In this document: piece by piece, positions 15,100 through 29,307 of the stretch
Layout: each line of letters begins with the position of its first letter
How positions within the stretch are numbered: position 1 is the first letter of the stretch
Assembly: GCA_044892525.1 (NCBI GenBank)
Contig: CM097885.1
Location: 7,938,001 to 8,002,000, forward strand
Direction: 5' to 3'
Origin: Schmidtea polychroa
Lineage: Eukaryota
DNA: 64,000 nucleotides
Made by a program: the position numbers and the translations under genes
Notes under the pieces: model-generated
What the model was told of the DNA's origin: nothing
Database searches by the model: none
What the model saw: the letters and a program-made list of their open reading frames with translations, nothing else

Positions 15100-16130
15100 T
15101 TAATACATCTTTGTATATAAGTCCACATATTTCTTACATATCCATTACAATCGTTTGCAGTCACCAGAGTACTTCAATAAGCAATAGCATCCATTAACTT
15201 TGTTTCATTCTGTGGATTGGCCCTTTTGTAATCTCCTTCCATTTGCTAAACATATTCTCATTAGGGTTGAGAAAAGGTGAATACGGTGGTAGATACCTTA
15301 GCCCTGTTCACTCATCAATGATAGTATTGACAACTTCTGAACTTCAGTGGAACTTTACATTATCCATTATATATAATGCTCGAAAGATTTTCTTATCAAT
15401 TAAAATCTTCTTAAGGTCACTAATATATTCAATAAATAACTCATTATTGCGCGATTATGATACTTATAAAAAGTTAAACCACGTTTATTCATTGCGCAAA
15501 TTATCGATACATTACGCTATCGAATTTTCGGTATGTTTTCAGTAACCGGCGTGCCTACGCGTGAGCAACCCCGTATTGTCGGCATTGAAACATTAAATCC
15601 CACTTTAACAATAAATATGAGTTTTTCCTCAGAATATAAACTTAAAACGGAACTAAAATTAAGTGCGGAAATCACATCAGTAAAATTTTGTCTTTCGGGA
15701 ATTGGGTGGAGTCTATTTAAAGAATAGTTAAATGAAGTAAATAAATAAACCCGCACACCATATTCATTAAATATTTTTGCTGCAAGAGCGATTAATGAAA
15801 GGACGCAATTCTCGTCAATCCATTTCTTTACTTGCACTTTTTGTGCATCATTAAGTTTCTTACGTTGTTCACCGCCTCTCTTACTTTACTCCCTTACTTA
15901 TTACACCGAGAACGCGGCTTATATCCTGAATGGATGTTTGTTCTTCATACGCAGCAATTACCCTTTCACGATCAGCATTCGATGTAGTTTGATTCTTTCG
16001 CCTTTGTATTGGAACTTTATTTGGTACTTCTACATCGGTGGTCGGATGTGGGAGTTGTTCGTTTTAATTATTTTTGACATTTGTGCTATTTAAAGAATTC
16101 TCCTCAAATTCATTATTTTGATTCATCTTT
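15100..16130 (-). mobile_element. Degenerate IS630/Tc1-like DDE transposase
   Basis: Minus strand reads DRERVIAAYE (HTH), KKWIDENC, KVGFNVSM and YLPPYSPFLNPNENMFSKWK; frameshifted; element ends unresolved. Confidence 0.75.
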
Positions 16131-16578
16131 ACTAATTTGTCAAAAAAGATATTTAAATTCTTAAAATTGAATTTGATATTGTCAATAAAACACTTTATAT
16201 TTTCAATTTATTTTGTTACATTGGCAATAAAAGAGATTAGATTGTCAAAATACGGATGTTGGAAATTATGTACTCAAAAGCCATTAATTCAAGGAATATA
16301 TAGAGTTAATAAAGAAATTCAACATCAGAAATTGACTTCTTGCGCACATGGAGAAGAAGAAACTGAGTTCAGGAAAGAGGAAAGAAACACTAATTAGAAA
16401 ATTCATCAAAAGAAGATTGATAACGTTTCTTTGTAATAAGATATTTTGTTTATTATTTGTAATAATAATAAACGTTGGGAGTGTTGATTCTTATTTATTA
16501 AATGATTCAAATTTGATTCAGATTTATAATTAATCGACATATTTGATACAATGAATTTATTATTATTATTATCATTAA

Positions 16579-16644
<66 letters not shown>

Positions 16645-16822
16645 TACTATTCACTTGATATTATTCACTTGAAAGAGGCAATGACGAAAATTCGTGAATA
16701 TCAAAAACATCGATATATTTACCTATTCACAGTCAAGCATTTTAATAAATACAATGGAAAAGAAATCAGTAGTGACATTTGAAAAAGAAAAAAAAGTTCT
16801 TATAATATTATTATTGTTATTA

Positions 16823-17045
16823 TTTAAAACAATAAAGTGATAATTTAAGCCTTTTGCTGCGAATAATGCATTTAATGAAAATATGTTCGACTATAAGATA
16901 GTCCTTGTCAATCTATAAGGATTATAAGAACTATCTTATAATCGAAAAGTTTTTCATTAAATACATTATTCGCAGCAAAAGGCTTAAATTATCACTTTAT
17001 TGTTTTAAAAATAAATGCTGCTACCAAGAAATCATCACTTTATAC
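16823..17045. repeat. ~185-bp palindrome plus short tail abutting (ATT)n; half copies near 47760, 54905 and 50900
   Basis: Arms TGATAATTTAAGCCTTTTGCTGCGAATAATG / CATTATTCGCAGCAAAAGGCTTAAATTATCA. Confidence 0.75.
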
Positions 17046-17080
<35 letters not shown>

Positions 17081-17091
17081 ATTATTATTAT

Positions 17092-17122
<31 letters not shown>

Positions 17123-17930
17123 ATTATTATTATTATTATGTTAAAAATTTTCAATTTTAATTATCCCACAAAGAAAGCAATAAAACTAAAATATTTTATG
17201 TTTTTCTTTAAAATCTCGATAGAAAACTCAATTAAACAGATGAGATAATGGAAAAGTCAACATTCCGAGAATTTAGTTGAATTTCTTTGCGGAAATTAGG
17301 ATATTATTTGCGATTAATGGGGAAAACTGATAATATCATTATATTCTACATAAAGTTGCGACAAGTGAATTCGACGTATTTTTCTGGTTAAACTTTCAGT
17401 TGAAATTTAAAATTTGTTTGATTTTCTATTAAAGTTATTGTCAATAAATATTTTTGATAATTTGTTGGTAACGGGATAAGGGATAATTTTATGCAAAAAT
17501 ATACATGAAATGTCAAATTTATAATAAATTCATTTTTGCAGTCACTGATGCATTTTCTTATAAATTCAAAGTGCTTTTCACATAATTGATAAATATAGAA
17601 TAATTTGCAGTTAAATCAACATTAGAACATTATTTATGAATAAAATAATTGAATTGTGAGCGTAAAATTCATATATTTTCTCAGGGGATGAAACAATTTG
17701 CCATTGAACAAGGAAATAGATATATCAAATAACCTTCAAATAGGAGGTATAAATTCGAAACGATAAATGAATTAGTTAATTAAATATTTGTTTACCGTAG
17801 ATATTCGAGTATACCATAAAATTGGATAGAAACTTGTTGGTCGCGTTATACTCGGCTGACATTATCCTCGAGTATCTATGGTGCTTCATCAATCACCACG
17901 AATTAGAAGACGAAATAGAGTATTCTGGCA

Positions 17931-18673
17931 GGTAAAAGTCAGAATAGTCGAATATGGAAGTTAAAAAAGAGTCGACAGATCGTCAAAAATTAGCCGACCC
18001 CTAAAAATAACCGACATCCAAAATATCCCAAAAAAATCGTCAATCAATATTGCTGCAAATACGAGTACATCAATATTTAGATTACCCTTGTTAATTTTAA
18101 ATTATTTTATTGTTTAAATAAATGTATGTTTTGTTGATTTGTTTAATAATATCATTGTAATCAGTACCCTTGCGAGTTGTTGTATACCCATAGGGGACAG
18201 AATATTTTGTCGGATAAACTCGGAGTATATATATTAATACTAATAATAATATTAATAATAATATTGTTAACTTTTTATGACCGTTTAATACGCTCCCCAG
18301 TCAAGACCAAAAAAGTGATGTCTGAGAATATACCTTTCACAGTGATAGAATGTCTCAAGGGTGCCAAAGTTTACCGTAACAAAGTTTACCCCCCTCCCCC
18401 GGTATTTAATTATAAATACATTTAGAATATTTACTACCTATTACAGTAATAACATCTCCTAGCTAACTAACCCCTTTTAAAAAAAATGTATTATTTTAGA
18501 CCCCTAAAGATTCGACTATTTTTTTAGGATTTAATATTGTCGACTATTTTTTTGTACTACATTTTCGACGATTTTTTCGGGTTTCAACATTGGCGACGAT
18601 TTTAACCAATTAAAGGTTTTTTCTTTGGCAACGATTTTTTTGGCTTCCATATTCGACTATTCTAACCCTCACC
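17931..18673. mobile_element. Non-autonomous TIR DNA transposon with 8-bp TSD
   Basis: TIRs GGT....GT.AGAATAGTCGAATATGGAAG at both ends; flanks TTCTGGCA / TTCTGACA; subterminal (GT)CGAC repeats. Confidence 0.7.
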
Positions 18674-19488
18674 TTCTGACATGCAGTGGGTCAATAGTTG
18701 ACAAGTAAAGGATTGATAGGGATTACAGTATTAAGTTCAATTTAATTAATAAAAGATTAAAATTATAAAGGATTAAAGGAATAAATCTAAATTATGAATG
18801 TAAGGCCGTAGTATATAAGATTGTTTGATTTTATTTAGATATGTTATTATTGGTCCCTAAAAGTTACCATAAAAAATACATATAAGTCATTACATAGGGA
18901 AAGAATTGGCGCATTTGTCTTCCATCAATATAGGCCTCTTTGCATCATTTCATAATATTTTCGCCGAAAAACAAATTTCCTCTTAAACCCTTAACTTTTA
19001 TTTTTAAAGAGGCTCTGCAATAGTATTAAAATATTTCTATTAAAGCAATGATAATTGTTATAATAATTATAAAATATTAGTAGCAGAAATGACATCAAAT
19101 TCTTCCTGCGACGAAATTGAATAAATTATTTCTTCCTTACTATCCTTCGTGACTTTATTCGCTTTAACAAAATATAAAGATGTCTTTCACTGACATGTTT
19201 TGAACCTCTATGAATTATTATTTTTTAATAATATTGAGCTTGACATATTTTTCCCAGTTATTACTACAATATTTTAAAATATATATTTAAATAAAAATAT
19301 ATAAAAAATTAAATACTGCTTTTGATAATTATTAATCAATAACTTGAAATTCATGATAAATACGAAAATTTGATTTCAATAAAATTATTATTAACATTAA
19401 AAACTAAAAATAATTTAAAAATGTAAATTTAAAATAAAAATTTAACTTTAAACTTATCATTATCATATGATATGTGTTCTTGTCTCAC

Positions 19489-19601
<113 letters not shown>

Positions 19602-19607
19602 TATAAT

Positions 19608-19654
<47 letters not shown>

Positions 19655-19717
19655 TGATGATAATAATTATAATAATAATAATAATGATGATAATAATTAT
19701 AATAATGTGTGACACAG

Positions 19718-20113
19718 ATCCGCCATCAGTTGTAAAGATCTATCAAACAAGTGATCCAATATCGAATGATCAGTTTAGTTATGACGAATATATTTCGTTT
19801 TTTGAATCAATCAAAACAAATGCGAGTATCAGTTTAATTGATGGGCAATTTTATCGGTTCGCCTGCTCGACGAATCTCCATTATACGACATTAAATATTA
19901 ACTGGAGTTTGGCTATGAAAGAGAATTCAAAAGAACAATATAATCTTGATAATATTTCTCAGTCAGAAATTATTGTTGGTCTCTATTACAAACAAACAAA
20001 TTCTTTTGTTGAATTGAAAGCGAGCAAGGAGATTAACAACATGGATTTGCTATGCACAGCCTGGCCAGTCGACAGCGTGATCCTTTCAGCGAGTATTCGG
20101 ATCAAAATCTATT
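19718..20113 (+). CDS. Exon of nephrin-like Ig gene (Ig domain)
   Basis: Bounded by acag| and |gtaagt; 396 nt, phase 1-1. Reads PPSVVKI...RFACST...INW...NNMDLLCTA. Confidence 0.8.
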
Positions 20114-20235
20114 GTAAGTTTGTTTTTATTGGTATATTTAAATAAATAATAATTTAAAATAGATGATAATAATAACATTTTCTGGTTTATAGAATTACGT
20201 TAGACCTGACAAAGGCAAAAATGGTAAATGTTTTA

Positions 20236-20551
<316 letters not shown>

Positions 20552-20899
20552 TTATTTATTATTACAAAAGCATACGTATTATTTAAAATCATAATATATT
20601 AGGATTTACTAAACCTCTACGTATTATGGCAGGTTTGCATTATAGGACATCGGTGAACAAATTCATTAAATTTCAAATAAATAACGATTTGTTCACTTTA
20701 AATATAAATAAATTACATCTTTCTAATTATGAATAGATTAAATATTCATCAATTTACCAAAAAATACACAAAAATACAAAATTTCAATCATTTTTATCAT
20801 TTTTATCATTTTTAAGTGGTCTATTTTGAAGTCATTGAACTAAAATATTTTACATAATAGAATCATTTCTACATTTTTGCTTGAAATTGACATTAAAAT

Positions 20900-21215
20900 G
20901 AGAAGATAGTGGTTCGAATACTCAAAGAAGAATGGATAATGAAATTCGGCGCCCCAAGGATAATTAATTGTAACAAAGGCAAGCTATTTGAATCAAAGAT
21001 AGTAAGGAAGGTTGCAGAAGACCATAATATTGAAATAAAACATTCAAGGCCATACCATCATTCAGCTGAATGGACAGATTGAGAGAAAGTTCCGAACTAT
21101 TAGAGATGCAATATAGATAATACTGAGGTGCATGAATTCAACGTTCCAATAAACTATTAAGAAAACTCCAGTTGAAATGGTGTTTGTAGAAAAGATTTAT
21201 AGTGAATGGTTTTGA
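20900..21215 (+). pseudogene. Ty3/gypsy integrase core remnant
   Basis: KFGAPRIINCNKGKLFES...IEIKHSRPYHHS, then QIERKFRTIRDAI and KKTPVEMVF across frameshifts. Confidence 0.7.
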
Positions 21216-21763
21216 AATACACCGATGGATAAAAGATTCAATCAAATAGAAAATCGCGAATTACAATTTAGAGATTATGTTTTCTTTAAAATGGATATTG
21301 GATATATATATTAATATGGGACCCAGGGAGATTATGAATAAGTTGCACAAGAGGAGTTAAATGGAAAATAGAAGTAATTTAATTAGAAAGCTTTTAAACA
21401 AAGGTAGATATGAGGTATTCTAAAATATAAATTAATTTATTATTGTATGTTGCCTGTATGTTGAACTCCTTACTTATCCATTAATTATTTTTATAGAAAC
21501 ACTCCTGAAACAAATGATGATTTGATTTGTTTAAATACTATTGTGATTAAATAATAAAACGTTGTATTCGAAATCTTTATTTGAAATGGATTCAATAAAT
21601 ACCAGAAGTTTTGTAGCTATTATTAATAATATAATAACTTTTTTCCAATTTCAACACTGATTTATCTTCCATTGAAATCGTAACAGCTTAATTGTGAATC
21701 AATAAATATATCAAAAATGTCGATATATTTACTGATTCGTAGTCAAGTTTTTAATAAATACAA

Positions 21764-21878
<115 letters not shown>

Positions 21879-22492
21879 TATTTCAATAAATTTCCATAAA
21901 ATATTGCCTAATTAAAATCGATATTCTCTCAAAATCAACTGACAGTAAAAACAAATTTATAATTCTATTATTCGAACATTTAAACAAAATATTCATCTAA
22001 TGGATAAATATTTAATTAAAACTGTTCTATCGTAAATAAGAAGTTATATCGAAAAATAGGTTTTGCATCCAGTATTTTAGTATTGTATATGAATTAAAAT
22101 TTTCCTGAATAAATAAATAAATAATAAATGTGTCTGTATAATTAGGCAAGAAATCAATTCTTTGGCATATCGCAGACTTCTATCTACGAGTGTTTTTGTG
22201 GACATCCTTACAGTTGTCCCATTGTAATTTTATTCTCAATTTTGACATTTGAGTTATAAATTTTAATTTGTTTTAATAAACACTCATAAACTTTAAACTG
22301 AAATCATATCTGTTACTGCTCTTTTTCTATTTTTTAATTTGAAGCATCCAATTTTATAAATAACTGACCCTTACGTTCGTGTTATTTTTTTATGATAGCT
22401 TATAAGACATGTTGATGGAATAATGCATATTAAAAAGCGTTTTTGTTTACAATCAACGAAATACTTTATTTCCTGATTAAAATATAAAACTA

Positions 22493-22793
22493 CTAGCTGG
22501 GGTACCCGGCGTTGCACGATTCAAAAAATAGTAAACAGATTCCAAATAAAGAAATTTATTTTAATTCATTCATTTCAAAAAATAATTTAAAAAATACATT
22601 AAAATTTAATTTAAAAAATCTCGGTAGTTGCTTCAGGGGACCAAATTTTACAATGGGAAGCTGACTTCTTATGCCTATGACCTGTTCCGAGTTAAAATAG
22701 GGTCACGTGCAAAATTTCAGCACCTTAAGTCCAACGGTGGGGAATTCTATGGGTAACAAATAAACAAACAAACTTTCATCTTTATATATTAGA
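22493..22793 (-). mobile_element. Short non-autonomous Helitron
   Basis: Minus strand begins TCTAATATATAAA and ends CGTGCAACGCCGGGTACCCCAGCTAG|T; internal (CAAA)n. The 5' flank base is not the expected A. Confidence 0.6.
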
Positions 22794-23106
22794 CTGTACT
22801 GATTATGTGAATTATGTAAAAAATAGTCTTGATATAATTGTTCTTTAAAATGTTTTTCCTTAACTTAGTATGAGAACAAGTTTTTTCAAACAATCTGATT
22901 CCATGTTTTAAGACAACTGTTAAAATTTATTGTTTTAATTTTGATTTTTAACTTTGACCCATAAAATACACTCTTGTCAAACAAATTAAAAACGATATAA
23001 ATGAAATATTAAATAAAAAGAAAACAGATCATTGGTTACTATAAAAATAAAAAATATTACTGGCATTTATAATGTTAATACGCTGACGTAATCTTATGTG
23101 TATTTA

Positions 23107-23974
23107 CACCAAACACCGCTGAGATACATTCTCTATAGTGGTGGTTGGGCGTGTAGAGCAATAGCTCACTCGCCAATTTAATGAATTTTCTACTGATAAA
23201 TATGTTGATAAATAAATAAAGCAAAGTTGTCAGTAATTTTTTTTACGTATGAATTTCTCATCATGAAATTTATTTTAGCCATTTTACAAATGGCTTTCAG
23301 GTAAGATGTTAAATTTTAAGTAAACTATAAGACTTGAATTTTGATCCATATAGATATGAGATCATTATTCAAGTTCTTAAATATTACTTTTAATCAACAG
23401 TATAATTATAAATTATCTTTAAGTATTTTGGAATTATTTCGAAGAAATGTGACTCAGATATATTTTTAATTATAATTAAATGAATCAATCACCAAAAATA
23501 TGTATTTTTCTAAAATATGTTGGCAAAAGACGACGAATATGAATAAAATGATTTTTTTTAATTGTTGTAACTTTTATTTCTGAGCTCAATATGAGGGTAT
23601 TCTTTTAGGAAATCAAATCTGGATTGAAAATATATTGAACCAAATTCTTGATATTTTCATTAAAAATATAATTTTAAAAATTTTCAACGATCTTTTTTTT
23701 TCTAAATTTTGTCTAAAGTTAATATAGAAACGTATCTCAGTGATGCATTTCTACGAATCAAACGTTTGTATGTGTTTTTAGTATGTGTTGCGCTTGTGTG
23801 CAGTTTTTAATTTTTCTTCCACTTTTCAGATGTCTATAGTATAAGATTTATCTCACTGAGCTATAAATGAGAACATCAACATATGAAATCAAAGTAAGTA
23901 TGTTTGTTTCCATAATGTAAGATTATTGATTTTTTTGTTATATTATAGGAAATGGTTCTCAGTGGTGTTTGGTG
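23107..23974. mobile_element. Tc1/mariner-type MITE (TA TSD)
   Basis: TA|CACCAAACACCGCTGAGA...TCTCAGTGGTGTTTGGTG|TA. Confidence 0.8.
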
Positions 23975-24341
23975 TATGTGCAACCTGATTTTGACTGACT
24001 GATATATTTACCAATCATTTTTGTGATTAATAGCATCATAAATCATAGTTATATAATACTTGATGGTTAATTTTGATTACTCGTGTCTGTGTGCGCACAC
24101 GTATCCTTCTTGCCTGAGTACAGAGGTGAGTAATCGAGTTTTGATTTTTATTGGAATTTTTCAATTTTCGTTTATGGAATTGTGTTTTGTTGGAGTTGTT
24201 GAAAAAAGTCGTTTTGTTTTGTTTTCGATTTGTATTTATTTTTCTGAACGTTGTTTTTTGTTTCTGGAATTTTTATATTGAAAAGTAGATCCTTTTCGTA
24301 GTTTTTTTATTCCAATTATAAATCAAACTGAAGTTAATGAG

Positions 24342-24455
24342 CTAGTTAAATGGTTTAACTCTAAGAATGGATACGGATTCATTTGTATTTGAAATAAAAT
24401 TAATAATATATAAAGATGTTTGTGCCTTTTAAATCGATTGCAGCTACAAATCAAC
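24342..24455 (+). pseudogene. Cold-shock-domain (Y-box/Lin28-like) fragment
   Basis: LVKWFNSKNGYGFI (RNP1), followed by a degenerate DVFV-like RNP2. Confidence 0.65.
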
Positions 24456-24487
24456 TTCAATAACAGATTTACAAATTCTTTTCGATC

Positions 24488-25040
24488 TTTCAAACATTTA
24501 ATGCAACAATGATGTATGTTGCAATTCAATCAGTTATTTCTTTAGGTCGTACCTCGAATATCGCTTTAGATTCTAGTTATCTTGTATCTTGCACTATGGC
24601 AATTTATGAAAGTTATGTGTTACCTCATGCTATTTGTAGAATTAATTTAGCAGAAAAAGATTTAACTGAATACATAATGAATATTTTGACAGATAGAGAA
24701 TATATTTTTTTCAACTACTGAAGAAAGAAAAATTTATTGATATATTAAAGAAATATTTTATTACATTGCTTTTGATTTTGAACAAGAAATGCAAACTGCT
24801 GTTTTTTCATCGTTACTTGATATGAAAGATTCAAATGTCCAGAAGCTTTGATGCAGCAATAATTCTTGGGAAAGAAAATTGCTGGTATTCATGACGAGAT
24901 TTGATGCAGATGTTCATAAGGATTTATATAGCAATACAGTCTAATCAAGTGGTTCGACAATATTTCTTAGTATTGGTGATCGTATGCAAAAACTAATATC
25001 ACTTTTGGTTTCATCAGCATCAATAAGAATTAAACACTAA
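24488..25040 (+). pseudogene. Degenerate actin fragment
   Basis: [67 protein letters not shown]; frameshifts and deletions. Confidence 0.9.
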
Positions 25041-25321
25041 TTATAAAAAAAATATAATTTTGTTTCATATAATTATATAAATATTTTCCATGACGAAAAC
25101 ACATCCTCTACTTTGCTGTATTTAAATAATTATTTATGAAAAATAATTGCATAAAATTTAAAGAATTTTATCAAAATGTTTTAATAAACTCGATCATATT
25201 TCAAATTGCAAATTTTACTCCAATCCAGCCAAAATAGTTTGGAAATGTTATCAATTTTTCTAATATTCATTTAAACAAACAGATTTTATCTACAAAGTCT
25301 GAAGAAAAAAATTTTTTTTAG

Positions 25322-25447
25322 ATTCTCCCAATAAACCCACTTTATCCGGATACACGTTCGCCAAATCAATTAACGAACACGAAACAATTAATTTGCTATG
25401 CTCCACGAAAAATGGTTATCCACTTCCTGATTTAGTATGGTATAAGG
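25322..25447 (+). CDS. Exon of nephrin-like Ig gene (first part of Ig domain)
   Basis: Bounded by tttag| and |gtaaat; phase 1-1. Reads SPNKPTLSGY...NLLCSTKNGYPLPDLVWYK. Confidence 0.8.
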
Positions 25448-25501
25448 GTAAATATTCAATTAGTTTATTTTATGGGAAATTTAACTGTTTTCCCCTTGCA
25501 G

Positions 25502-25607
25502 AAAATGCAACATTGTCAAATGCTGAGCCAGTCGTATCTAATGGTGATAAAATTTCGTCGCTTCTCTCATTTAAAGTTAGTAGAGAAGATAACGGGAAAA
25601 TAATCAA
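25502..25607 (+). CDS. Exon of nephrin-like Ig gene
   Basis: Follows a 54-nt intron ending cttgcag|. Reads NATL...SSLLSFKVSREDNGKII; its phase 2 donor joins the next exon to give REDNGKIIKCAARN. Confidence 0.75.
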
Positions 25608-27678
25608 GTAAATTTTCTTATCATATTTTTTTAATTATTATACATTATAATTTAACATAATTATAAACTAGAGACTTTGTGGCGTTCTACTCTCGCTTTT
25701 TTTTTGATTTAGTGCAGTACGCTGGTCTTTTGATAAGCTCGATTATCCTGACATTATGTGATGTAATTGTCATTATAAAAATAATCCCTACAAAAAATGC
25801 TTATAAAAATGTCATTGTATTTATTAAAAGGCTTGACTATAAATCAGTAAATATATCGATGTTTTTTTGATATTCACAAATTTTCGGCACTGGCTTTTTC
25901 AAGTGACTTCGATATACATCAATGTATTTACTGATTCATAATCGAGCTTTTTAATAAATACAATGTCAATTGAAAAGAAATCAGTGGTGAAAATTGAAAA
26001 AAGGTTCTTATAAAAATGAGGTTAAATTCTTTATTTTCAATGTGTATTCAATAATTATATAATTTTCCACATTTTTTTTATATAATTATCATCCTAATAA
26101 TAATAATTGAACATATTTAACCCTCATATATCCCTCATTCTCATGGACAATCAGGGTTTTAATGGTTATTTTCGACCAGTACTTATCTTTTATTTTTTAA
26201 ATTTCACAATATATATTTTTTATTTTTAACATTTATATTTCTGTATCACAAAAGAACAAAAGTATTTATTTCGCAATATTAAGTCAATGTTTATGGTCAA
26301 AATATGATGATTAACAAAATATATATTTTACTGCAAATTATAAATAAAATGTTAACCTAAATCTTTTATGCTCAGCTATTTTTATCAGCTTTAATATTTG
26401 TTATTTTAATTATTATAGAAATTTAAACTTTTAAACAGTTTATAAATAAAACTTTATTCATCCCACAATTATTTTTATTCAATGAATTTTATTTAGAAAA
26501 GTTAATAATTTGTTTTAATATATTGCATGTTCAATAGTAAAAGCTATCATTTTGACATATTTTCTACTCTCTTAGGCCCTATCATACACATTTTGGAATA
26601 GTAATGGGGAAACAATGCAATATATTATACAATGTATATATCTACAATGCCAATATTAATTGACGGAAAAGTCTTAAAATAATTAATTCACTTTGAAAAT
26701 GAAAACAATTTTAATATAAATTATTGTCTTGTCTTTCATTCTTTTATAAAAATTAATTAAACAATAAATAATATATAAATGAAGGATTGAATTTGGGTAA
26801 ATATTTCTAAAAATGAAGGCAAGTGAATTAATTTTCTTTCTTTTAATTTCAATTAATTTAAACAATTAGTATTTATCTAAACTTTATACTTTGATGTGAA
26901 TAAATAAATAGAAACAATAATAAATATCACAATACAATAATAACAATTTTTTCTGTTTTTAATAAATAACATCCCTACAAACACATTAATAACACAGCTA
27001 TAACAACAAAAAAGAATTTTCATGCTCTTTTGATTTTTTACTATTTTAATTTTATGTGTACACCTAATTCCAAAATTTAAAAGTTTCTATAATCTTAAAA
27101 AATCGAAAAAGTTATAATATAATAACACACAAACTTACCTGTGTGTAAAAGTTTAATGTTTTAAATAATAAAAGGTTTTATATAGAAATTGAGAAAGTGA
27201 TAGAAAAATAATTTGACATACAAATACAGCACACATAATAAAAAATACATAGTAATGACTCTCAATTATTCAATTTCTTTATTTACTTTCTTGTTTACAC
27301 GAAGGGCTCCTCGACTATATTATAGTTTACACAAATTTACCTTTACCTCTTTTCTAATAAAAACATTTTTGTTATTTTTTCCCAAATTTTATATTATTTT
27401 TTGGAATACTTTTCCAGATTTATATATGAATAAGTAATTACTGACATTCTGTAAATTTAGATTTCCATGCGTTTTATTGCTTATTATAGAATTTATAACT
27501 TATTTTAACTATTTTTTGTGATCTAAACAGTTTCATAATTATAATTATAATTATTATTATTGTATTTATTAAAAAGCTTGATTATGAATCAGTAAATATA
27601 TCGATGTTTTTATAATTGAAAAGAAATCAGGGGTGAAAATTGAACAAAGTTCTTATAATAATAATAATAATAATAATA

Positions 27679-27715
<37 letters not shown>

Positions 27716-27825
27716 TTGTTATTGTTATTGTTTTTATTAGTATTATTATTAATATTTATTAAATGTTATATAAATTATTGGTTAAAAAACAAAAATAAAC
27801 AGCCTAAATACTTAATTAAATTCAG

Positions 27826-28097
27826 ATGTGCGGCAAGAAACATCGCCACCAGCAACTTTGGTATTTCCAGCAATTCAATTGCTATTAGGACAATTTTCCC
27901 TGCAAGATATGTCAAAATTAAATCAATGCCATTTCAATTAAAACAAATCCTAGAAAATACAGTTATATATTTATCTTGCGAAACTGACTCCTCGAATCCT
28001 GCCAGTGATATTCAATGGTGGGTGATACGTTGTTCATTTCTCGATGGTCCAAGATTGGTAAAACGCCTCATACCATGCTCTAAAATCAAACTAAAAG
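27826..28097 (+). CDS. Exon of nephrin-like Ig gene
   Basis: Starts after ttcag|; phase 2-1. Reads CAARN...FPARYVKI...YLSCETDSSNPASDIQWW, matching the nephrin/Sns-type C.S.SSNP....WW motif. Confidence 0.85.
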
Positions 28098-28800
28098 GTT
28101 ATTTTAATATTTGTTTTAATAACTAAAAGAAATTCAATTCCTGCAATGCCTGCAACTTTTACATTGAATATCTAGTTAAATCGAGCATAATCTCTCATGA
28201 ATCATTACATCAGCTTGAAGGTATTGAGGCAGATTAAGCTGTGATAAACATTGATTACAATTTCTTATACAGTGAAACATCGACTTATACGTTATTAGGG
28301 AAACAAGCGTCTTAAAAACATTGATTCACTTAAAATGTCATCATTAATTTATATGGTATGTATTCCTAGCTAAGGTATCACTAATAACAACAGTGGTAGA
28401 CAGTGAGCTAATCCTAAACCACTGCGGTGATGACGACTACATGGAGCGAATTATGCTCCTAAGTCAAGGTTGCACTGTCTTTTAATCAGAACTTTGTTGA
28501 ATTGTTGATTGTTCAACTCCATTAAAGGTTTTTCTTGCAAAAGCTGCTTCGAAAAATTGTGTTAAATAAGTGAAGATTAAATGGTCAGTTATAAGATTTG
28601 ATTTCAAATGTTTGCATTTATTTTTATCTTATCTTTCTCTTATTTCTTTTGATTCAAAATTTAGCTTCAAAATAAGTTTCCTTTTGAGTTCTTCGTCTTT
28701 TTTGAAATAGAACCAGGTATTCATCATGATATATGTGTAATATTAATATTTCTTTTATATTTTCTTACTTCCATTATTGTGTTAATCATTCCCGCATTAG

Positions 28801-29034
28801 AACTTCATCGGGAAATTGTATCCGGAGAATATAACGGCTGGAGAACGATTAGTAAACTGAAATATTCTGTCAAATGGTTAGACAACGAAAACTTTGTCGA
28901 ATGTGAATCAAAATTGCCGAATTCTGACAAAGCCACCTCATCTTTGCATTACGATCGGTTGCGGCTGAATGTAATATTTGGACCACATTTCTCCAAACAA
29001 TACCCCAATGGCTCAGTTTTTCAAGCAGAAGAAA
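28801..29034 (+). CDS. Exon of nephrin-like Ig gene
   Basis: Starts after cattag|; 234 nt, phase 1-1. Reads LHREIVSGEYNGWRTISKL...DNENFVECES...LNVIFGPHF. Confidence 0.8.
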
Positions 29035-29085
29035 GTTTCAAATTAATGAAACATATTTATTAATATTGAAACCAGACTTTTTTAG

Positions 29086-29307
29086 ATTTAAACTTGACGA
29101 TCAAATTCAATGTTTTTGGGAATCCAAAAATCAACCGATACGTTTGGTTGAGGGGTCACAGACTGTTGGAATCAAATTCAAATTTTCATTTGTTTCAGAA
29201 CACATTAAGGATTTTCAATTTAACTCGGTACCACAGGGGTAACTATTCAATGGTCGCTCATAATGATATTGGCAAAACAGAGATTTTCTTCTTCATTGAT
29301 GTCAAAT
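29086..29307 (+). CDS. Exon of nephrin-like Ig gene (last exon before the Polinton-containing intron)
   Basis: Follows a 51-nt intron; phase 1-1, donor |gtaagg. Reads FGNPKINRYVW...LRIFNLTRYHRGNYSMVAHNDIG...IDVK. Confidence 0.85.
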
